Assembly (NCBI GenBank): GCA_947373225.1
Contig: CANBWX010000002.1
Span: 4,970 to 68,969 of the forward strand
Source: Flavobacteriaceae bacterium
GTDB lineage: Bacteria > Bacteroidota > Bacteroidia > Flavobacteriales > Flavobacteriaceae
Direction: 5' to 3'
DNA: 64,000 bases
The notes under the pieces are model-generated. The model searched no databases, was not told the origin of the DNA, and worked only from the letters and a program-made list of their open reading frames with translations. Of the stretch, positions 58,830-64,000 are shown one piece after another (the first letter of the stretch is position 1; every line of letters begins with the position of its first letter). A program made the position numbers and the translations under genes.

Positions 58830-59526
58830 TTAAGACACTTTTTTTGATGTGAATTTGCTAATCATGATACTCATAATAATTACTAGATAAAATTGAGCAG
58901 ATAATCCCAATAACGAGGTAATCATTTTTGCGCTATGATTTAAAGGCAGGATGTCACCAAAACCTATGCTTGTTGCTGTTACGGTACAATAATAAACAAT
59001 GTCAATATAGGTATTTGTACTGTTGCTTCCGTCAATATGACTCAAAACCGATTTGCCTTCTAGGAGAAATAAAATTATAAAAAGCTGAACAGTAATTTCA
59101 ATCAATAATAAATAACCCACAATTGAAGCTGATAATAAAGCCTTATCGATGCGGTGTGGCATGATTAAAAATAACCTGTTTTGTATATCGTGATAAGTAA
59201 AAATAGTAAATAAGAAACTTCTCTAACATATTTCAATGTGCTTAAAGTATTGAAAAATAACAATCCAAAGTTGCAACTAAGCGTAATTAGAATGATCGAT
59301 TAAATAGGAATGAAATATTATTTCTTCGATGAAAAAAGGTATTGGTTACAGCAAAATAAACAAATAACAAGTTTATAATTTGAACATAAATTCCGTAAAA
59401 ACTGATGTCTCTAAAGAAAACACTTCCGTAAAGGTGTAATAAAAAGGAAAGAAGTAAAATTTTACAACAGTGTTTATATAAAAACAATGAAAATATTCTT
59501 TTTACTGTCTTCAAATGGATTTGCAT
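58830..59526 (-). pseudogene. Frameshifted K+-channel-like (Ion_trans_2) membrane protein
   Basis: Pore motif YYCTVTATSIGFGDI in the 58830-59162 part. Two single-base frameshifts (near 59300 and in the A5 run at 59167-59171) rejoin three hydrophobic segments. Confidence 0.75.
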
Positions 59527-59817
59527 TTTCTAATTTTAGACGGATAATTACAAATATAAGAATAATCAACTATTTCTAATTTGAAACTATTAATCCTCAA
59601 AAACAGTTACATCCATAGCGTTTAAAAAGCTGATAATTTTATTAATATAAGTTATTAGGGCTTAGCAATATATGTGATCAAAAATTTTTATTAAATAATT
59701 TGTGTTTATTTTTTTTTATAAAAAAAATTTGTAATTTAGTATCGCCAACCAGATTTACTATTTCGATTTACTTTTATATGGTGTTTACTATTGTTTCACA
59801 ATTTAAATAACAGCCAT

Positions 59818-59895
59818 ATGAAAAATCTATTCGAAAGATTTTATGATTACATTTCAACCTTATTATTTGGAGATACAAACGCAACGCATTATTAG
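59818..59895 (+). CDS. Candidate 25-aa small protein MKNLFERFYDYISTLLFGDTNATHY
   Basis: A-rich leader AAATAACAGCCAT-ATG-AAA in an otherwise empty intergenic gap. Confidence 0.35.
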   Translation: MKNLFERFYDYISTLLFGDTNATHY

Positions 59896-59951
59896 CTAAT
59901 GATTGTAACCAAGTAAGTAAAAAGTGTATGAAATAAAACTACTTTGACTAA

Positions 59952-60644
59952 TTAGTGGGCTAAACTTTGTTCGAATAAAGTTACGTCCATAGCATCATTA
60001 ACGTCATAATCGCCAATTTTTGTTCGGCGTAAAGCAATTAAATGCGAACCAGAATCCATAGCTTTTCCAAAATCAAAAGCTAAGGAACGAATATAAGTTC
60101 CTTTACTGCAAACGACTCTAAAATCGATTTCAGGAAGCGCAATTCGCGTAATTTCGAATTCGTGAATGGTTGTTTTTCGGGCGGCTATTTCAACAATTTC
60201 TCCAGCGCGCGCGTGCTCATATAAGCGAACGCCGTCTTTTTTTATTGCCGAAAAAATAGGTGGTTTTTGGTCGATTTCGCCTAGAAATTGCTTCACCGTT
60301 TCGTGAATTAAGGCTTCATCAATATGCAAAGTTTCGAAGGTTTCATCTATTTCGGTTTCTAAATCGTAGGATGGAGTTGTGGCTCCAATATAGAAAGTCC
60401 CAGTATATTCTTTCGCTTGACCTTGAAGTTCTGTAATTCTTTTGGTGAATTTTCCGGTGCAAACCAGCAATAATCCAGATGCTAACGGATCTAATGTTCC
60501 TGCGTGACCAATCTTAAATTTTTTTGGAAGTCCCGCTTTATTGATCAAAGCATATTTCATTTTATTGACTGCCTGAAAGGAAGTCCAATGCAAAGGCTTG
60601 TCTATTAAAATGATTTGTCCGTTTTGGTAATCTTCTGTTGACAT
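59952..60644 (-). CDS. truB: tRNA pseudouridine(55) synthase
   Basis: IDKP, GHAGTLDPLASG, KEY, CSKGTYIRSLA. Confidence 0.97.
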   Translation of the reverse strand: MSTEDYQNGQIILIDKPLHWTSFQAVNKMKYALINKAGLPKKFKIGHAGTLDPLASGLLLVCTGKFTKRITELQGQAKEYTGTFYIGATTPSYDLETEIDETFETLHIDEALIHETVKQFLGEIDQKPPIFSAIKKDGVRLYEHARAGEIVEIAARKTTIHEFEITRIALPEIDFRVVCSKGTYIRSLAFDFGKAMDSGSHLIALRRTKIGDYDVNDAMDVTLFEQSLAH

Positions 60645-61441
60645 TAAATAATTGTCAAAGGATGAATGAAAAAGTGGATAATTAAGAGTAAAGAACCCAA
60701 AATTATTCTGTAATAACCAAACATTTTGAAACCGTGTTTAGTCAAATATCCTATGAAACTTTTAATGGCTAAAAGGGCGACTAAAAAAGCGATGATATTT
60801 CCAATAATCAAAAAGTTAATTTGATCGTGAGTCAAAACGAAACCATCTTTGTAATAATCGTAACATTTTTTTGCTGTAGCGCCAAACATTGTTGGCACGG
60901 CAAGAAAGAATGAAAATTCTGCCGCAGTTGTTCTAGATAATTTCTGTGACATTCCGCCAACTATACTTGAACCGCTTCGAGAAACACCAGGAACCATTGC
61001 TAAACACTGGAATAATCCAATTTTGAATGCTTGTAAATAACTGATGTCGTTTGTTGTCTGAATTTCATCTGAATTGGCAAACCAATCATCAACTTTCAAT
61101 AAAATAATTCCACCAATCAAAAGGGAAATAGCAACTGTCAATGGACTTTCTAGTAAAGCGTCAATTTTTTTGCTAAATAATAATCCAAAAACTACTGCTG
61201 GTATAAAAGCTACTAATAGTTTAAAGTAAAAATCTAGCGTTTGGAAAAAGCGTTTAAAGTATAAAACTACAACCGAAAGGATAGCTCCAAGTTGTATTAC
61301 AATGGTAAAAAGTTTGGTAAATTCATCATGTTCAATACCAAAAAAAGTAGAGCCAAGAATCAGATGTCCTGTTGATGAAACTGGTAAAAACTCCGTAATT
61401 CCTTCGATAATGGCGAGAATAATAGCTTGAAAAGTATTCAT
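60644..61441 (-). CDS. uppP: Undecaprenyl-diphosphate phosphatase
   Basis: [35 protein letters not shown]. Confidence 0.96.
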   Translation of the reverse strand: MNTFQAIILAIIEGITEFLPVSSTGHLILGSTFFGIEHDEFTKLFTIVIQLGAILSVVVLYFKRFFQTLDFYFKLLVAFIPAVVFGLLFSKKIDALLESPLTVAISLLIGGIILLKVDDWFANSDEIQTTNDISYLQAFKIGLFQCLAMVPGVSRSGSSIVGGMSQKLSRTTAAEFSFFLAVPTMFGATAKKCYDYYKDGFVLTHDQINFLIIGNIIAFLVALLAIKSFIGYLTKHGFKMFGYYRIILGSLLLIIHFFIHPLTII

Positions 61442-61690
61442 TTATGCTTTTTTAGGGTTTTTAAGAATAGCATAAATTGTAATTCCAAAACCAATTAAAA
61501 CCGTGGTTGGTGCTAATCGTATTCTTCTAAAATTAAAAATAGCTTCACTAAATATTTTTGGGTCATCGCTTCCGCCACCTGACATTAGGATAAATCCCAA
61601 AGCAATTACCGCAATCCCGATTAATAGAATTTTATAGTTTATTTTCTCAAAAAGAAATTCGTGTTTTTGTTCTGTGTTTTTCATTTTCAT
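61442..61690 (-). CDS. DUF3098 family membrane protein
   Basis: FLFEKINY, GFILMSGGGSDDP, RRIRLAP. Confidence 0.85.
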   Translation of the reverse strand: MKMKNTEQKHEFLFEKINYKILLIGIAVIALGFILMSGGGSDDPKIFSEAIFNFRRIRLAPTTVLIGFGITIYAILKNPKKA

Positions 61691-61697
61691 TTTTTTT

Positions 61698-61739
61698 AAA
61701 TCTAAAATCTGAAGTCGTTAATCTGCAATCTTAAATTAA
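61698..61739. repeat. Heptamer array filling the ftsX-DUF3098 spacer
   Basis: AAATCTA AAATCTG AAGTCGT TAATCTG CAATCTT AAATTAA. Confidence 0.75.
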
Positions 61740-62611
61740 TATAAATCATCTGTTCTCAAATTCAAGAAACGTTGTGTTGCAAAATAAGTGCTTATCCAAG
61801 TAATCAAAATACCAATGGCAAAAACTGCCAAAAGCACCAATACAACAAGAACCTTGTCGTCAAGGATTCCTAAACTCGGGAAATTAACTTGAAGATAAGC
61901 CAATACACCAATCAATGCAAGAATGGCTAAACCTGCGCCAAGCATTCCTAATTTTATACTTCGCATCACAAATGGCTTTCTGATAAAAGCTTTTGTCGCA
62001 CCAACCATTTGCATGGTTTTAATAATAAATCGGTTCGAATAAATCGATAAACGCAACGAGCTATTAATCAATAAGACAGCTATTACGGTTAAAAATCCGC
62101 TGATTATTAAGATCCACATACTCACTTTTTTGATGTTATCGTTTACTAAATTCACCAATTGTTTGTCATAAACGATATCCGAAACCATAGTATTTTTTCG
62201 CAAACGGCTTTCGATTTTTGCGATGCTGTCTTTTTCAACGTAATCCGCTTTCAGGTTGATATCATACGAATTTTGCAAAGGATTTGTGCCTAAAAATGTC
62301 ATGAAATCTTCGCCAATAATATCAGTATGTTGCTTTGCAGCACTCTCTTTAGAAACGTAAACCGATGATTTTGCAAATGGAGCTGTTTTTAATTCTACTT
62401 TAAAAGCTTTCAGAATACTATCGTTGGCCTCATTCTTGAAAAATACCGTCATGGCAATTTTTTCTTTAAAATCGTCAGCTAGTTTTTTAGAGTTGATGAT
62501 AAAAAATCCTAAAATTCCCAATAGAAATAAAACCAAGAATACACTTAGTACAACTGAGAAATAAGAGGAAATTAATCTGCGTTTTTGAAATTTATCAAAT
62601 GAAGAAGCCAT
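61736..62611 (-). CDS. ftsX: Cell division permease FtsX
   Basis: TM1, NPLQNS periplasmic loop, NSSLRLSIYSNRFIIKTMQMVGAT..FIRKPF. Confidence 0.93.
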   Translation of the reverse strand: MASSFDKFQKRRLISSYFSVVLSVFLVLFLLGILGFFIINSKKLADDFKEKIAMTVFFKNEANDSILKAFKVELKTAPFAKSSVYVSKESAAKQHTDIIGEDFMTFLGTNPLQNSYDINLKADYVEKDSIAKIESRLRKNTMVSDIVYDKQLVNLVNDNIKKVSMWILIISGFLTVIAVLLINSSLRLSIYSNRFIIKTMQMVGATKAFIRKPFVMRSIKLGMLGAGLAILALIGVLAYLQVNFPSLGILDDKVLVVLVLLAVFAIGILITWISTYFATQRFLNLRTDDLY

Positions 62612-62766
62612 AGTTTACTGTAATTATGGGTCAAAAATAACAAAGTATTTCTTTATTTAAAGTTAATAACGCTCAAACTTTTAACTTTCGTACAATAAAT
62701 GTAAATTTGGCGTCTAAAATAATTATATAGTATAAGTCTTTTCGACTTTGAACCAGATCCATAAAG

Positions 62767-62795
62767 ATGACTTGAGTTTGCGAAAGCATGACTCC
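62767..62795 (+). promoter_or_regulatory. 29-bp leader motif of leuS (shared with pyrH)
   Basis: ATGACTTGAGTTTGCGAAAGCATGACTCC; 27/29 identical to the pyrH copy. Confidence 0.6.
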
Positions 62796-62818
62796 ATTAA
62801 AAACAATAAAAAAGAGGA

Positions 62819-64000
62819 ATGAAATACAATCCGAACGAAATAGAGGCCAAATGGCAAAAATATTGGGCCGAAAATCAAACTTTTGCAGCACAGAATAATT
62901 CCCAAAAACCAAAATATTATGTTTTAGACATGTTTCCTTATCCATCAGGAGCGGGACTGCACGTTGGTCATCCACTGGGTTACATCGCTTCTGACGTATA
63001 TTCGAGATACAAGAGACATCAAGGTTTCAATGTTTTGCATCCTATGGGTTACGACAGTTTTGGTTTGCCTGCCGAACAATATGCTATACAAACCGGCCAA
63101 CGTCCCGAAGATACCACATCGGTAAATATTGACGGTGGCGTTGATAAAGATGGAAATAAAATTGCTGGATACCGAAAACAACTCGATAAAATTGGGTTTT
63201 CTTTCGATTGGAGTCGCGAAGTACGAACTTCAAATCCGGATTATTACAAACATACACAGTGGATTTTCATTCAATTATTCAATTCTTGGTATAATAAAAA
63301 AAGCGACAAAGCCGAAGATATTTCGACCTTGATTTCCATTTTCGAAAGTGAAGGAAATGCAAACATAAATGCAGTTTGCGATGACAATATTGCTGTTTTT
63401 TCGTCAAGCGAATGGAAAGCGCTTTCGACAGAAAACCAACAAAAAGTTTTATTACAATATAGACTGACTTATTTAGCCGAAACCGAAGTGAACTGGTGTC
63501 CCGGATTAGGAACAGTTTTGGCAAATGACGAAATCGTAAACGGGGTTTCGGAACGTGGTGGATTTCCTGTGATACGCAAGAAAATGACCCAATGGAGCAT
63601 GCGAATTTCGGCTTATGCAGAACGGTTGTTACAAGGTTTAGAAAAGATTGATTGGAGCGAAAGTATCAAAGAAAGTCAGAGAAACTGGATTGGGAAGAGT
63701 GTGGGAGCGATGGTGACGTTCCCCATCCTATCCTTCCCCGAAGGGGAAGAGAAAGCAAGTCTTGAGCAAAAAAGAGGATATATGACTGGTGGAAATAATT
63801 CTCATTTATTGCTTGAAAAAGCGAAAGAAATGCGAAATAACCCAACTGAGGCTGAAAAGATATTATGGTTAAATTTAAAGTCAAAAGCATTAGATTATAA
63901 ATTTAGACAACAACATTTAATTGATGACTATATTGTCGATTTTGTTTGTCTTTCTAAAAAGTTAGTAATTGAAGTTGATGGAGGAATTCACGATTTACAA
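62819..64000 (+). CDS. leuS: Leucine--tRNA ligase, 5' part (open to window end), with in-frame DUF559 insertion
   Basis: Manual translation: [13 protein letters not shown]...[16 protein letters not shown] (HIGH motif)...[13 protein letters not shown]...SFDWSRE...NWCP...[15 protein letters not shown], then foreign sequence. Absent from the ORF track because it has no stop in the window. Confidence 0.97.
   Translation, partial: MKYNPNEIEAKWQKYWAENQTFAAQNNSQKPKYYVLDMFPYPSGAGLHVGHPLGYIASDVYSRYKRHQGFNVLHPMGYDSFGLPAEQYAIQTGQRPEDTTSVNIDGGVDKDGNKIAGYRKQLDKIGFSFDWSREVRTSNPDYYKHTQWIFIQLFNSWYNKKSDKAEDISTLISIFESEGNANINAVCDDNIAVFSSSEWKALSTENQQKVLLQYRLTYLAETEVNWCPGLGTVLANDEIVNGVSERGGFPVIRKKMTQWSMRISAYAERLLQGLEKIDWSESIKESQRNWIGKSVGAMVTFPILSFPEGEEKASLEQKRGYMTGGNNSHLLLEKAKEMRNNPTEAEKILWLNLKSKALDYKFRQQHLIDDYIVDFVCLSKKLVIEVDGGIHDLQ
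63722..64000 (+). mobile_element. DUF559 (Vsr-like very-short-patch endonuclease) domain inserted in frame in leuS, preceded by a palindrome
   Basis: [19 protein letters not shown]...[31 protein letters not shown] is the DUF559 pattern; hairpin CTTCCCC-GAA-GGGGAAG at 63733-63749. Confidence 0.88.

Noticed and set aside
62673-63890. Short ORFs listed at the right end (62673-62975, 62945-63181, 63129-63332, 63279-63524, 63666-63890)
   Set aside because: All are out-of-frame or antisense shadows of leuS, which the track missed because it has no stop within the window.
63722-64000. Intein or group I/II intron interpretation of the leuS insertion
   Set aside because: The junction residue is Pro, with no intein block A (Cys/Ser start). 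There is no intron-like 5' sequence, and the frame is continuous. A final decision needs the right junction.
1-64000. tRNA, rRNA, CRISPR arrays, IS transposases, integrases
   Set aside because: None recognised by eye; dedicated scans were not run.

Overview
A low-GC Bacteroidetes chromosomal window, very likely Flavobacterium. This is supported by TAnnTTTG -7 promoter boxes, a T9SS C-terminal domain and the gene content. It is mostly housekeeping genes: uvrC, pgi, dinB, pyk, rnc-fabF-acpP, purN-rnhA-pfkB-purF, sod, addA/addB-like, kbl, rpoN, asnS, frr-pyrH, truB-uppP-ftsX and leuS. There are no rRNA, tRNA or CRISPR arrays and no recognisable integrase or transposase. The notable signals are small and interstitial. 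(1) leuS (62819 to the window end, missed by the ORF track) carries an in-frame DUF559/Vsr-like endonuclease domain at the start of the CP1 editing domain, bordered by a C-GAA-G palindrome. (2) A ~1.8 kb integrase-less islet (T9SS cargo gene with a C9 tract plus a ParE-type toxin-antitoxin pair) is bounded by a duplicated 3' end of the 5-formyl-THF cyclo-ligase gene. (3) Three dispersed copies of a structured element show covariation (Flavo-1-like). (4) A 29-bp motif is shared by the leaders of pyrH and leuS. (5) Several 7/8-mer arrays fill operon spacers. (6) There are two candidate sRNAs, a candidate 25-aa sORF, and two decayed genes (a histidine kinase ATPase fragment and a K+ channel). All calls were made by eye from the sequence and no database searches were run.
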